A stretch of DNA of 64,000 nt from Antedon mediterranea. Taxonomy: Eukaryota > Animalia > Echinodermata. Each line of letters begins with the position of its first letter. Positions within the stretch are counted from its first letter, which is position 1. Positions 1 through 16,314 of the stretch are shown here, one piece after another. The notes under the pieces were generated by a model. It was not told the origin of the DNA. It ran no database searches and saw nothing but the letters and a program-made list of their open reading frames with translations. The DNA lies in the NCBI RefSeq assembly GCF_964355755.1, contig NC_092674.1:11098001-11162000 (forward strand), written 5' to 3'. The translations under genes and the position numbers were made by a program.

Positions 1-741
<741 letters not shown>

Positions 742-917
742 TTACAAAATATTATGTGAGTTATTAAAATGAGGGGGACAATGTATCTTTAAAGTCTTAT
801 CTTATACAAGTTAAGAATGTTAATATGATTTTCTTAATATTCAATTTTTAAGCGCAATTCTAATTTTTAGTTTTAATTTACCGCCCGAATCACAATAAGG
901 AATTGCCTAACCCGTAA

Positions 918-1376
<459 letters not shown>

Positions 1377-1409
1377 GCAGTACACAGCCAAAGACTTCTC
1401 AAACCAAAA

Positions 1410-1425
1410 GGCTCTTTTCAGAGCC
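1410..1425 (+). other. Histone 3' stem-loop (H4)
   Basis: GGCTCTTTTCAGAGCC followed by ACCA and a purine-rich downstream element. Confidence 0.97.
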
Positions 1426-1742
1426 ACCATTTGAACCAAAAGATATTGATTTGCTTTTCTAAGTAATAATTAATATAATTTTATATTAAATAAATAATTT
1501 ATAAAACCATTTTCCTCCATCAATGATATTAAAACTGTCCTCCCTAAGCCTAGCTAGGCTAGTAAGTATAGGCTAGGCCTAGTAACAAAGTGCGAGGCAG
1601 GGAAGGCATGCGAGGCAAGTCAGAAATTTATGCGAGGCATCGTTTTACCATCATCAAAAAATGCGAGGCATCATTTTATCATTTCTCAAAATTGCAAGGC
1701 AGGAAATCACCGAAATTGAAGTAGCCTAGGCCCGCTAGGCTA

Positions 1743-2576
1743 GTTTCCTTTTGCACCTGCCTTGTGTTTTAACCAACTTTATCCTGAATACCACAGCTTA
1801 GAATTAGTAGGCCTACTTTAATGAAGAAAAATCACATAAAACTAACAATAAATCCATTAAATTGGTGATTTTACAGACGTTGTTTTTCTCGCATTTCGCA
1901 CACTCAATGTTCAATATTTTGGTTTCTATGGAACGCCAAAAGAGCAAAATTAATTAGAGGGCTAAAAACTCTGTGGAATCCATTTATATTTAACGCATTA
2001 TTTGGTGAAAATCAAGTACAATTTCAATAGATTTTGTCACTGTCAGTAAGGAAAAATGTTACTGTTCACCGGTGTACTGTTGATAATGTACACGGTTTCG
2101 GTAACCTTTTAAAGAATAAAATAGAAAAATTCATCATAATATTCTTAGTAGGATGTCCTAGGTCTAGACTAGGTAGTGATGTTGATTTAGGATCGATTAT
2201 TATTCTTTGAAAACAGAACAGTATCAGCAGTAACATATTACAGCATTTTTATTGACAAATTAACAAATATATTGAAATAAAACGTGTTTTTCACCAATAA
2301 ATGCATGAAAAATTGACGCATTCCACTGAGTTTTAGTCCTCTATTATCGTTGCTCTTTTGGCGCTCCATAGAAACAAAAATATTGAACATTGAATAAGTG
2401 AAATTCGCGAACAGTGTGCGAGAAACACGCCTGTAAAATCATTAATTTAAGGATTTATTTGTTACTTTTTATGTGATTCTTTCATTAAAGCACTCATGAG
2501 GTATACTTCTAAGGTGTGGTATTCACACGATAAAGTTAGTTATCAAATTTGGAGTAAAAATACAAGCGAAGGAAAC
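1743..2576. mobile_element. Long imperfect inverted-repeat element (arms ~1743-2010 and ~2290-2576) nested in the above
   Basis: The arms are reverse-complementary; the same family occurs at 24690-24742, 27875-27975 and 34727-35045. Confidence 0.7.
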
Positions 2577-3171
2577 CAGCGCCAGGTTTATTAGTACGTA
2601 CATGGACAACAATAAATAAAAATCGTTCGTAATAATGTAATATACCTAGCTTACTAAAACAGGAATAGTGTATCATTATTAAATATTACACCAATTATTA
2701 TTATATCAAAATTGATTAAATTATTTTCTACATAGGCCTCTTATCTAGGTTAGGGCTAAGCATATTAGCTAAAGTTTAATTTTAGGCCTAGTATTACAAT
2801 TGTCGGACGTAAGTCTTTTTTCACACGCGCTCCAGAATTCTGTCGCAATTTTTTTCTTTGCGGCATGTTATTGGATCGCCATATCAGTTACCTTTTATTC
2901 ACCGCCAGTTATTGAACTTGTCCTGGCAATCGCTGTTCACCTTATTTACGAGAGAGGTACACGTGTTGTTCCTAGAGAATGGAATGTCAAAAATGTCTTT
3001 GGCACGCCGCTCAGAGAGAAGTCTGTGCGTTGCTGCTGAAACCACGTGCTATAGGAGGGGAATGCACCACAATCCTCTGAGCTGAGGGCTGAATCATTCC
3101 GCTACCTGCTAAATAGTAAAGAGGGATTTTCCATCTCTCGGGTCTGCCGGATCTAGGCGCAGGGGTGTGAC
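2530..3171. repeat. Second copy of the 1-642 direct repeat
   Basis: Identical to 1-642. Confidence 0.95.
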
Positions 3172-3768
3172 AAAATATTATTTTCACTCTGCTATGTTCG
3201 AGAGACATGTGAGTGAATACGCTCGAAATGCCAACAAACATTGCAGTCATTTGATGAGTGTGTCGCTATAACAATTATTGTTTATCGAAAGTTGAAGACT
3301 GTCGTTCAGATTTTTGAACCGTAGTTTGGGCACTTTTGTAAAAGTAAAATTTGACACGATATGACTTGAATGAAAAAACAATCGTTACATAAAAATAAAC
3401 AACATGATGAGTGTATACACGAATCTATTTAGATACGCTTGTATCGATTGATTATTAGGCCTATAATATAGCATAATAGCACGTTAAGATATGCCTCGCA
3501 CCTTTTTGAAATTGTAAACTATATGCCTGGCATGCCTCGCACTTTTGGAAATGATAAAATGATGCCTCGCACAAATATTTGGCATGCCGCGCTTGCCTCA
3601 CGTGCCTCGCACTTTGTCAACACTCGTAACAGAATACCAACTGCAGTCCTACCCATGTGTGTGTGTGTGATATAGATAGGGGCCTAGCCTAGGAATGATG
3701 CACTTAATGTTTGATGGAAATAGTTTAGGCTAGTGCCTATTAGATTCCATTTCTAGCCGAAAATAGTT

Positions 3769-3963
3769 GTCAAGTCTAGACTTAAAGTTGTTCACTGTGA
3801 AGAGGCTTGTATTACATATTCAGGCAGAGAATTCCAGTGATGTATGACTCTGATGTTAAAAAAGTTGACCCTGCACATAAGATTTCCTCTAAGTTTTGGA
3901 TGATATAGTTTTAAGCTGTGTCCCCTGGTTCTGATGTGAGACAATTTAAATAAATCTTTTGGG
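3769..3963 (-). mobile_element. CR1-type LINE 3' ORF2 fragment
   Basis: Minus strand reads RTRGHSLKLYHPK...RVNFFNIRVIHHWNSLPEYVI...VNNFKSRL, the typical CR1 ORF2 C-terminus. Confidence 0.8.
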
Positions 3964-4801
3964 TAAATATAAACTGCTATCTTCTACTAAACAATGCCCA
4001 AGTTTTAAAATGGTAAAGGGGCCTAGGCTAAATAACATTCATTGGCATTTAAAGTTACATACAATACAGAATTATTGCTACCTATTTTTTGCTTAGAAAA
4101 AAAGCCCAATGTTTTATTCTGCATGCTAGACGTTCAGGTCTAGGCTAGGGCCTAGGCTATACTTTTTTTTGTCCATATCAATTTCTTTAATACAGTATCA
4201 TTACAATATTCTTCCTAGTGGTGGACCCATCCATGTACGTACGTTACTTATTAGTAAAAATATGTTTTTGGTTTGAAACACAGCAGATGTTTAGAAACGA
4301 ATAACAAAGGAACTCCAACTGAACATGGCACAATTGCATGAAGAAGATTTTTAATTTAAACATCTTTGAAGTTTCAGTATTAAACTAATATTACAAACAA
4401 AGCAGATTAACATTCAATTTATTTGTTTTTCCAGAATCAAGGACTGATTATTAAGGTTACAATACTATAATTATTATTAATGTTTAATTAAAATCAAATA
4501 AGAGGAAGATGGATAATATTATCGCCGGCGTAATATTATAGGCCTAGGCTAGGCGTATTTAAAAAAAAATCCTTTTGTTTTGTATCTACTACTACTAGGC
4601 CTAGACCTATTTTTGTTTCACGAAAACCAGAGCGCGATCTGAGCTTCTCTATCGATGATTTGATAGATTTGTATGCGGACGTGTAATAAGCTATACAATT
4701 TGCCCAATCACATTACGTTTCCTAATTGCCTTCAACAATCAGGTTGCTTATAAACGAACCCAAACCGTAAATCTAAGCATCATTTCGAAATTCGAAAGTA
4801 A

Positions 4802-5215
<414 letters not shown>

Positions 5216-5241
5216 GCAGTGTTTACTTTCTCAAACCAAAA

Positions 5242-5257
5242 GGCTCTTTTCAGAGCC
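5242..5257 (+). other. Histone 3' stem-loop (H3)
   Basis: GGCTCTTTTCAGAGCC, with AAAGAGA downstream. Confidence 0.97.
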
Positions 5258-6381
5258 ACCACTTGAACTAAAGAGAATTAATATAGCAAATATTATTGTT
5301 TCTTTCAATTTATAAATATGTTAAATAAAACATAGCGAGTTTTCATTGATTCATAATTTTTTTTTCTTCAATCCTTCAAAACAGTTATTTACAACAAAAT
5401 AATAATGAAAATGTCCATGCAATAATGTAGAAATATCATTTCCCTATTAAGGGTACACCTTCGTTGGGACCCAAAACATTGTCCTCTCAACAAGATCCCC
5501 AAAAAAAAAACAATATACCAACAGGATAACTTGAACTCAAGAAATTGAGAAAAACAGAAACTTTATCAATTCATAATTGTTATGATACTTTCTCTGGCTT
5601 GATAGTTTTTATTGGTTACCGTACGATATCTATTTTTATAATAGCCATATAATTATTTGTTGTCTTCACCTCATGAAATTTATTTACTCCATTGCACATT
5701 ACTTATTTGTATAAATGCAGTGGCCTTTTTGAATGGCTAGTCTAGTCTTCAGAACAGAACAGTAGTAATAAAAACAATACAGTAATAATAATCGGATCTG
5801 CCTCGTTAAATGTATTGTCCCCCTGAAACAGCACATTTTTTTGTTGAATATATATCACATAATAGTTATCCACTTTGACCAAAAATTTGATGGAAAAAAA
5901 AGTATTTACCTGAAAAAATAATTTAATTTAATAAAATAACCTATCTAAAGTTTGATTTAATTAATCTTCACTTTTCATGTTTTTTTGGGAAACAATACAT
6001 CTGTAAATATAGCAGTCACAAACCAACCCATAAACATTCATTATTTTGTATAATATAATGGGTCTCTGTACTGTTTTCTAACAAACTAGACCTTGAATAA
6101 ATGGATTTCAAAATACTTGCTTAACAATCCTACAATTGGTACGATATAAAAAAAAAATTCAAGTCAATTCGTGTGCTTATTATGTAGAGAGCAGTATAAT
6201 ATAGTCCATGTTTTTATGAAATAATTACTTCATTTTTGTCATTAAAATTTATTGTAAAGTTATAATATAGTAAGCGTCTATTAATTCGTAATTACTTCCT
6301 TGTTAAAAAAAAGGAATATCATTGTTAACTTTCTTACTTAGGCGTAGCCTTTAAAATGATGTAGAAGCGCGCTTTTAACAG

Positions 6382-6449
6382 CCAATAGAAACCGTAAGCT
6401 ATAAATTACCAACCGGTAAGCCCTAATTTGCATATCACCCGCTATAAGT
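6382..6449 (+). promoter_or_regulatory. H2B promoter: CCAAT, octamer ATTTGCAT (6426-6433), TATA
   Basis: Classic H2B octamer-TATA arrangement, conserved upstream of the second H2B. Confidence 0.85.
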
Positions 6450-6520
6450 ACTAAGCTTGCATTCACAATTTTCACTTCTACTACTTCTATTGTTCTCGTC
6501 GTAGACTGAAATTGTAAAAC

Positions 6521-6889
6521 ATGCCACCAAAAACTTCAGGAAAAGCTGCCAAGAAAGCCGGTAAGGCTAAAGCTGTAAGAACAACAGACAAGAAGAGGAA
6601 ACGTAAACGAAAGGAAAGCTACAGCATCTACATCTACAAGGTGTTGAAGCAAGTTCATCCAGACACTGGTATCTCAAGCAGAGCCATGGGAATCATGAAC
6701 AGTTTCGTTAACGACATTTTCGAACGTATTGCAGGAGAAGCATCTCGTCTTGCTCACTACAATAAGAAATCTACCATAACCAGTAGGGAAGTCCAAACCG
6801 CTGTCCGTTTATTGCTTCCTGGTGAATTGGCTAAACATGCCGTTTCTGAAGGTACCAAGGCTGTCACCAAATACACTAGCTCAAAGTAG
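6521..6889 (+). CDS. H2B: Histone H2B
   Basis: 122 aa, [23 protein letters not shown]...KYTSSK. Confidence 0.99.
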   Translation: MPPKTSGKAAKKAGKAKAVRTTDKKRKRKRKESYSIYIYKVLKQVHPDTGISSRAMGIMNSFVNDIFERIAGEASRLAHYNKKSTITSREVQTAVRLLLPGELAKHAVSEGTKAVTKYTSSK

Positions 6890-6917
6890 ACACTATTTTG
6901 CTGGACTCAAACCAAAC

Positions 6918-6933
6918 GGCTCTTTTCAGAGCC
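6918..6933 (+). other. Histone 3' stem-loop (H2B)
   Basis: GGCTCTTTTCAGAGCC. Confidence 0.97.
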
Positions 6934-7174
6934 ACCAAATGTTCTAAAAAGAGATTTATTTGCGTTTCATTTGTGTAGTTCCTTTCTTAAATTCCTTACT
7001 TCCTCATATTATAACTTGCAGTATAATAATAGACCACACACATCATATTCGGTTCCTCTAAATTATAAATAAAACAAATGTGTTTTTTTTTTCTATTGCA
7101 CGTTACAGTGTACAACAGGATTGTAATTGTTTTTAAACTACTGTGGAGTAGCTTTGCGTCAGGGAGTTGAGTAT

Positions 7175-7314
7175 ATTGGTCAGATGTTTTGCCCTACTCT
7201 GATGTAATTTGTACTTTATACTAAGTACATTTGAGAATTTTGTTGCAAGTATTCTCAAATGTACTTGGAATAAAGTACAAATTACGTCGGAGTAGGGCAA
7301 AACATCTGACCAAT
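7175..7314. repeat. 140-bp near-perfect palindrome (64-bp arms), probable MITE
   Basis: ATTGGTCAGATGTTTTGCCCTACTC...GAGTAGGGCAAAACATCTGACCAAT, 4 mismatches, 12-nt loop. Confidence 0.9.
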
Positions 7315-8229
7315 TACAGTGAACAACAGCTTATTCGTCTTTATAAATGCCATTTCAGAGTACCATTGTAAGTGAGTTATAGCGCTCATGGTCAATGAGG
7401 ATGAGTTTTACATTTCATATTTCTTCTAATTTTATTTAGAATATTGCAATAATTAATTAGTGATTCTATGTAACAGCATCACTTTCTCTAAAGGAATTGT
7501 AAAACAAATGTCATAGTAATTTGCGCAATAGATTTATAATGTAGAGAAATGATTTTATCATCAACTTTAAAAGATAATGTAATCTTCTCATAAAGAAACA
7601 TTCGCTTTCGAAGTTAACATTGATTCAAATTGTTTGTCAAATTTCAATTAATTATCAGAACACCAAGTAAGATATTTATGATGATCAATCCTTTCTTTTG
7701 CGAGATATTATTAAGTTAAATTGTTGGGACTTCAGTCTAATATTTAACAAACACGGAAATCAATTAACATCTCTTTTGTTTTACCAATATTTAAATCTTA
7801 AGTACCACAGTAAACTGTAAACATTAGACAAATATTAAAATATAAATGGTGTAATATGTCTCTGAGGCATCCAACTCGGCATATCCTTGTGCATTTGGAT
7901 TTCTATAAAGGAATTAATGAATATCTCGAAAAGTTATACTGTACATTCTATTCTTTAGAATATTCGCGGTTAGCTAACTATGCAATGCACTCAAATTCTA
8001 ACTAAAGAAAATGAGAACAAAAAGCAAAACACTATAAATTTTATAGTGTTATAAAATAAAAATAAGTACTATAGTAAAGGTACTTATTAAACAAAGCCAC
8101 ATTTTTAAATTCCCGCTCATCTGGAACAAAGCAACAGTAATCCTGCCTGTCAAATGAACGAATTATATCGTTGGCGCGGAAGACCGTGATTGGCCAATTT
8201 GATAAAGGCATTCGGACAGGGAATCTTGA

Positions 8230-8688
<459 letters not shown>

Positions 8689-8721
8689 ATCATCATTTAT
8701 GGACCATTTCTCAAACCAAAC

Positions 8722-8737
8722 GGCTCTTTTCAGAGCC
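8722..8737 (+). other. Histone 3' stem-loop (H2A)
   Basis: GGCTCTTTTCAGAGCC. Confidence 0.97.
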
Positions 8738-10713
8738 ACCAAATAAACATAAAGAGATTTGATTTGTTTGTCTGTTGTTTTCAATTGTTGTGTAAAATTA
8801 TTCCCACCCAGTGGGATCCAATTGGGGAGGATCATGTATTATTCATGGTCGATCTAATGCACCCCTCTGAATGATATCAACTAATCAGGGAGTCTGTGCA
8901 AAAAGCCACCAAATAAACAAAAATTACCTGCCCTTGTTCTTGTAAAAAAAAACCCCTGTTTTATCACAAATATACTGACTTTATAGTACAGTATTAATAT
9001 TATTATATAATGAAAGGTGATGCTGACTGGGACAGGTAATATTGTAGTTTATTCAAACTAATATTAGTCCATCAAAATGTATACTTGCTTCTCCCACTCC
9101 AGAGGTAAACTACATGTCAAGACTTGTGCCTTTTTTCACCAATCCCAATTTGTTGTTTTTTCTTTAATTACTTCTTGAAAACTTCAAACATTCTCCTGTT
9201 GTTCAATCAACATGCCAGAATCACCGACAATTTCTAATTTTGTCTAAAATATTATTAAATTGAAGACAATTTTAGTTAGTTAGTTTACTGTTGACTCTTG
9301 AAGCTATAGTAATCTTGACATAACGTACTCCTCTGACATTAATCATTTTAAATGAACAAAAGTCAAACATTTCTCTCTGAAATAACAGTCACATACGTTC
9401 TAAAAGTCAAACATTTATTTTAAACATTATTTATCGTTAATAGAAAAAAATAGTGATTTGTAAATGTTTAAAATTATGATTTATTGTTATATATACACGT
9501 CCCAATCACGGGAAAACAATGACCACCACTAATTATAATCGATATATTAATATAATAATATATAATTTTTCATAAAAAGATGAAATGAATGGTTAAATTC
9601 AACCAAATAACTCATTGACTTCCAATCAATTTGAATATTTTTTGATTGAAGTTATAATTTTTCAGGTAAATAATAATTTTTTGTTAATGTGAATAACTAT
9701 TACGGTATGTGACATTAAAATGGCCTATTAATTATTTTTTGAGGGGGACAACATATCTTATAATATTAAATAATTATAATCTTCTTGTTGGACTTGTCAT
9801 TCAGGTTATTTATCTAGTAAATAATATATAACATTATCAGCAGATCACAAGAAAATTAGAATATTCACAAAAAGCAGAAAGTGGTTTAAAGATGTATTTT
9901 CACCCAAAAACATGACAAATGAAGGCTTTGAAAGGGCATCTAGCAGTTTTAATGAGTTATTTACTTCAGTAGACAAAATAAACGGTTAATCTAACCAAAA
10001 ACCATTGTCCGACCAGGAAAAAATGAAAGCAACAATTTGACTCAATTTTGCTTTGCGTCCCAACCACCACTTATTATAATATTGTGTCTTTTTTTAACTG
10101 TAATCATGCTCCAATACATCATCACACAACTTATTCAATATGTGTAGGCCTACTTCTTTGGTTATTGCAAAACAACTCAAAAGAAGTGAAAACATACACA
10201 AAAAAGATAACAGAATTATTAAACAATACCATCATCATCACATGACACAATAAGTTATCAACATTATTGTTACTACTGTATTAGCTTTTGATAATGCTAT
10301 AGAACCGTGCGAGAGTGGTCTATAACAGTGACAGCAAACATTAAGTTTTCCTGACATTTCATTCTCATGTTTGTTCAAGTCACCAACATTATTGCCTTAA
10401 AACAAAGCGTAAAATACATCGAAATTTATTTAATTTCGGTTGAATATTCAATTATATATTGTAATGTTTTCATATCAAATGTGTTTTTAATCAAAAATAG
10501 ATACAGCATTTTCAAAATTTAGCGATTTGTAAGTAGAATATGTTTAAAAAACATGAACTGAAAAGTTCCAATTCTCATATCTATTTTTTTAAACCGATTA
10601 ATCTAAATTAAACATTTCTTATAGAATAACAATGTATTTTCAGATACTATACTCAAAAATATTCTTCAAGATATAAAAAATAGAGATTTATAAGTGCATT
10701 TAAAGTGAATAAA

Positions 10714-10809
10714 AAACACAATTTAAGAAAAATATCTTGTAGTTATATCGAACACAAAAAGGCGCTGAGAGAGCTACAAACGTAAGTGACGTTTTAGTCC
10801 ACGTCCGCA
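10714..10809 (+). promoter_or_regulatory. H1 promoter: H1 box AAACACA (10714-10720) and CACGTCCGCA (10800-10809)
   Basis: Known H1-box motif plus the H4-type GTCCGC motif upstream of the ATG. Confidence 0.55.
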
Positions 10810-10901
10810 ATAACGTAAATAAAAGTGGAGTTAAGTCGTTGTGTTGTTTCACTCAACTCTCTACTCGACTTGTTATTTGTAAGTGTCTTGCATTCTCAAT
10901 T

Positions 10902-11480
10902 ATGGCTGACCAAACTAAAACTAAAAAGAAGGCTGTAGCAAAGAAGCCTGCTGCTCACCCAACGTACATCGACATGGTTACGGCAGCAATCGGTGATTTG
11001 AAGGAGAGAAATGGCTCATCTCGCCAAGCTATTGCCAAGTACATCCAAGCCAACTACAAAGTTGATCCTAACAACATGAAAACTCATCTCCGTATGGCTT
11101 TGAAACGTGGTGTCGAAAGCAACAAACTCGTTCAACCAAAAGGTACTGGGGCCAGCGGTTCATTCAAACTGAACCAGGCTGCAGCCAAGGCTGACGCCGC
11201 TGCCAAGGCAAAGAAGGAAAAAGCAAAGAAGAAAGCAGCTGCAGACAAGGAAAAGACTGTTGCAAAGAAGGCCAAAAAAACGGTAGCAAAGAAGGCCAAG
11301 AAACCAGCTGCAAAGAAGGCTACCAAATCCAAGTCACCCAAGAAGGCTAAGAAATCGGAGAAGAAGGCATCCAAGCCAAAAAAGGCTACCAAGTCTCCTA
11401 AAAAGCCAAAGACCAAGAAGCCTAAAAAGCCTAAAGCTAAAAAGGCTTCAAAGTCACCGAAGAAGGCCGCCAAAAAGTAA
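10902..11480 (+). CDS. H1: Linker histone H1
   Basis: 192 aa from MADQTK; winged-helix HPTYIDMV...GSSRQAI...GASGSFKL; K/A/P-rich tail with SPKK motifs. Confidence 0.97.
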   Translation: MADQTKTKKKAVAKKPAAHPTYIDMVTAAIGDLKERNGSSRQAIAKYIQANYKVDPNNMKTHLRMALKRGVESNKLVQPKGTGASGSFKLNQAAAKADAAAKAKKEKAKKKAAADKEKTVAKKAKKTVAKKAKKPAAKKATKSKSPKKAKKSEKKASKPKKATKSPKKPKTKKPKKPKAKKASKSPKKAAKK

Positions 11481-11510
11481 ATTACTACTTCATCCATTTT
11501 CAAACCAAAC

Positions 11511-11526
11511 GGCTCTTTTCAGAGCC
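11511..11526 (+). other. Histone 3' stem-loop (H1)
   Basis: GGCTCTTTTCAGAGCC. Confidence 0.97.
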
Positions 11527-13328
11527 ACCATATATACAAAAGAGATTTATTTGCCTTGCTTCTTTATCTACATCTAATTCTTGTAAGAGCTCACTCTAAA
11601 TAAGCATTATAAACAGTATAATATTTATAATATGATGGCATAGAACGTCATTACTGTTTGACAAGATTTTTACTTAAAAACATGCAACAACTTCTTCACA
11701 ACATAGTATGCTATGATGACCTTTATCTGCTCACAGAAGAATAAAAAAGATATCACACTTCAAAACACTACTGTATACGTTTTCTACATTTCATAAAAAA
11801 AAAATGCACAAAGTATTTTTCTTTATTTTAGTAGTTTCTTAAACCTTGTCTTCTACGCTATCAAACTTTATGTGTCAAAAAAATGTGCTCATATACGAAC
11901 ATGACGATGTCATATCACTACCATATTTAAACATATCTATAAATTATATAACTATAAATATATAGGCTATAAATATAATTTTTCATATATAAAAACATGA
12001 ATTAAATAAACGGTTAAATTCAACCGGAAACCCATTGACTTCCAGTCAATTTGACTATATTTTGCTTTAAATTATTAAGGCAAACATTTGAATTTTTCAG
12101 GTAAATATTTTTATGTGACATTAAAATGGCCTATTTATAATTATTTTTTTCAGGGGGACAATATATCTTATACTGTAATAGTATTAAATAATCTTCTTGT
12201 TAGACTTGACACTAAATAAAATGTTAAAAGTTAACTAATCATTTTATTTATTAAATAATTATACATAACATTAACAGCAGATCACAGAAAATTAGAATAT
12301 GCACACAGAAAGTGGTTTAAAGATGTTTTAACCAAAAACCATTGTCTAACTAGGGAAAAATCGGGAAACCGACAATTTGACTCAATATTTTGCTTAAATT
12401 ACAGTTTTTCAGAATATTTTTCTTTTGATGCAATTTTTGATCAAACTGTTATTTATTTATTTTTTGTAACAGTGGCACACTTCACATTTTAAAGGTGCGT
12501 CTAACAAAAATGTATAATAAATGAAAGCACAAAATTGACAAAAATATAGGTAATCTTACTTAATCTACATACGGTACATGTAATAAAACCCATTCATTCC
12601 CCTTCTCCAAATATAACAAGTAAAACATGTAATTTTTAAATACAGTATTTGATTACTCTTAATCTACAAAACCAATCACTAATTCCCCCCACCCAGCACC
12701 TTACTTATAACATGAAGGAAATAATTATAATTACAACATTATTTTCTCCATAATTACAATAGGATGATAAACAGTGTTAACAAACAGGAAATTCCTAATT
12801 AGATATAGAACCAGTATAATTGTTTATATGCAACCATCACTGTTAATAGACTATTGTATTTACATAGGCAAAGGTAAAAAAGAATTAATACGAAAACAAT
12901 ACAGACACTTTTGTTATAAAATAATTAGCTGCTATCTAAAAAACTATACCTAATTTTACTATTACAAAATTACACTACAATACAGAACCAGACACCTCTT
13001 AATTTATCAATTTTTTTTATATTAATTAATTATGTGAGTTATTAAAATGGCATATTCATGTCTAATACACAAGTTCATAATAAATGTTGCTATGATTTTC
13101 TTAATATTCAAATTTTAAGCTCAATTCTATTTGTTTTAATTTCCCGCCCGATTCACAATAAAGCAATTGCCAAACCCGAACGAGGTCACAGCGAGTTATG
13201 TCAATGTTGTTTACTGTAGTCCTAGATTCACGTCCGCATAGAGCGTATAAATCCTTCAGCTTTTTTGAAGTTTCGGTACTTCACTTTTCGATCGATTTTC
13301 GTATCAATCACAAAAAGTACCAAGTAAA

Positions 13329-13639
<311 letters not shown>

Positions 13640-13687
13640 GCAGTACACACTCAGCAGCCGGCCAAACAAAGACTTCTCAAACCAAAA

Positions 13688-13703
13688 GGCTCTTTTCAGA
13701 GCC
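13688..13703 (+). other. Histone 3' stem-loop (H4 copy 2)
   Basis: GGCTCTTTTCAGAGCC. Confidence 0.97.
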
Positions 13704-14616
13704 ACCATTTGAACCAAAAGAGATTGATTTGCCAAAACATAAGCCTTTACCTTTTTATAAATATATACTGTAGTACCATGTGTTTTATTTGCTAATAGTA
13801 CTATTTCCTACCCAAATTTAATTAGGCTAGGTCTGACATTCAAAGCAAGCACAGAATACCAAAAAAAACCCTGTAAATTTGGGTTTTTTTTGCACCGCAT
13901 TATTATTTCTCTTTAAAAAAAAAGTGGGATGGGTGGTATCATTTCTCCATTGTGTAGGCATATAATATGACTGACATACGTGATTTTGTGATAAAACAGA
14001 CTCAGTACATTTTGTGATGTATTTAATATGAGTGTGGAACTTCACATTTTTCTTGTTTTCTATACACATCTTGCATTGAAATCAATTCAGTTATTGAACG
14101 AGCATGATTGCTTTGTTACCGTAAATTTGTGTCATAAAAAACTATGGCAATTCGATAGATTTGTATATAGTGTAATAAACGTATGGTTATCTGAATATAA
14201 AACTATAGTATACTGTGGTTAGATAGGTAGGAATTTGAACTTCTAATTCTTGTTTTCTTATCTGTACTGTGTAGATCTTCCATTGAAACAAATTCAGCTA
14301 TTGAAGTTGAATTTGGTCGATTTTGTAAAGGCTTCATCAAACGGGCATGCGAAGATGAAAGCAACTTTATTTTACTTTTATATTTTGTACATCATTGTTT
14401 TATCGTTAATAGGCTTATTTTGTTAAAAGCACTTCTTTTATTTTATTTTACGTACTTTATCTCTTCTTTGTGTCAATCCAACCATCAAACCATCGCGATC
14501 TCTGATTCAATAGATTTGTATGCGGACGTGTAATAAGCTATACATTTTGTCCAATCACATTACGTTTTCATAATTGCTTTCTCATCGAACCAACCGAACC
14601 GAAAGTCTAAGCTTAG

Positions 14617-15051
<435 letters not shown>

Positions 15052-15075
15052 TAGTGTTACTTTCTCAAACCAAAA

Positions 15076-15091
15076 GGCTCTTTTCAGAGCC
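15076..15091 (+). other. Histone 3' stem-loop (H3 copy 2)
   Basis: GGCTCTTTTCAGAGCC. Confidence 0.97.
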
Positions 15092-16314
15092 ACCACTTGA
15101 ACTAAAAGAGAATTAATATAGCAAATATTATTGTTTCTTTCAATTTATAAAATATGTTAAATAAAACATAGCGAGTTTTCATTCATTCATAATTTTTTTA
15201 ATCCTTCAAAACAGTTATTTACAACAAAATAATTATGAAAATTTCCATGCAATATTAAATGTAGGAATATTATTACCCAACAAATTGTCCTCTCAACAAG
15301 ACCACAATAAAACAATATACTGTACCAACAGCATAACTTGATCTGGACTCAAGAAATGGAGAAAAATAGAAACTTTATCAGTCAACTTTCCCCAATAAAA
15401 ACTGTCATATCATAATTGTTATGATACTTTCTCTGGCTTGACAGTTTTTTTTGGTTTATGATATCTATTTTTATAATAGCCATATAATTATTTGTTGTCT
15501 CCATTGTACATTACTTATTTGTATAATGCAGTGGCCTTTTTGAATGGCTAGCTTCCCAGGCTAGTCTTCAGAACAGAACAGTAGTAATAAAATCAAATAC
15601 AGTAATCGGACCTAAAACAGCACTTTTTTGTTGTTGAATATTCCATTTTAATAGTTATCCACTTTTTCCACAAATTTGATCGAAAAAAAAGTATTTACCT
15701 GAAAAAATGTAATTTAATAAAATAACCTATCTAAAGTTTGATCGAATTAATCTTACTTTTTCATGTTTTTTATACATCTGTAAATATAGCAGTCACAAAC
15801 CAACCCATAAACATTCATTATTTTGTATAATGGGTCTCTGACTGTTTTCTAACAAACTAGACCTTGAATACATGGATTTCAAAATACTGAAATACTGTAC
15901 TGTATAAAGTATACTTGCTTAACAATCCTACAATTGGTATGATATTTAAAAAAATTCAAGTCAATTCGTGTGCTTATTATGTAGAGAACAGTATAATATA
16001 GTCCATGTTTTTATGAATTGATTACTTCATTTTTGTCATTAAATTTTATTGTAAAGTTATATAGTAAGCGTCTATTAATTCGTAATTACTTCATTGTTTA
16101 AAAAAAAGGAATATCATTGTTAACTTTCTTACTTAGGCGTAGCCTTTAAAATGATGTAGAAGCGCGCTTTTTTAACAGCCAATAGAATCCGTAAGCTATA
16201 AATTACCAACCGGTAAGCCCTAATTTGCATATCACCCGCTATAAGTACTAAGCTTGCATTCACAATTTTCACTTCTACTTCTATTGTTCTCGTCGTAGAC
16301 TGAAATTGTAAAAC

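Larger units (their letters stand above)
1585..3617. mobile_element. ~2 kb non-autonomous DNA transposon with TIRs and TGCGAGGCA subterminal repeats
   Basis: ACAAAGTGCGAGGCA at 1585 and TGCCTCGCACTTTGT at 3603-3617, with several TGCGAGGCA copies at each end in opposite orientation. Absent from the second H4-H3 spacer. Confidence 0.7.

Noticed and set aside
1545-4605. Clusters of TAGGCCTA/CTAG palindromic words
   Set aside because: Scattered across the window and tied to repeat-derived DNA; no locus-specific pattern
11132-11503. Hydrophobic antisense ORF
   Set aside because: Mirror of the Lys/Ala codons of H1
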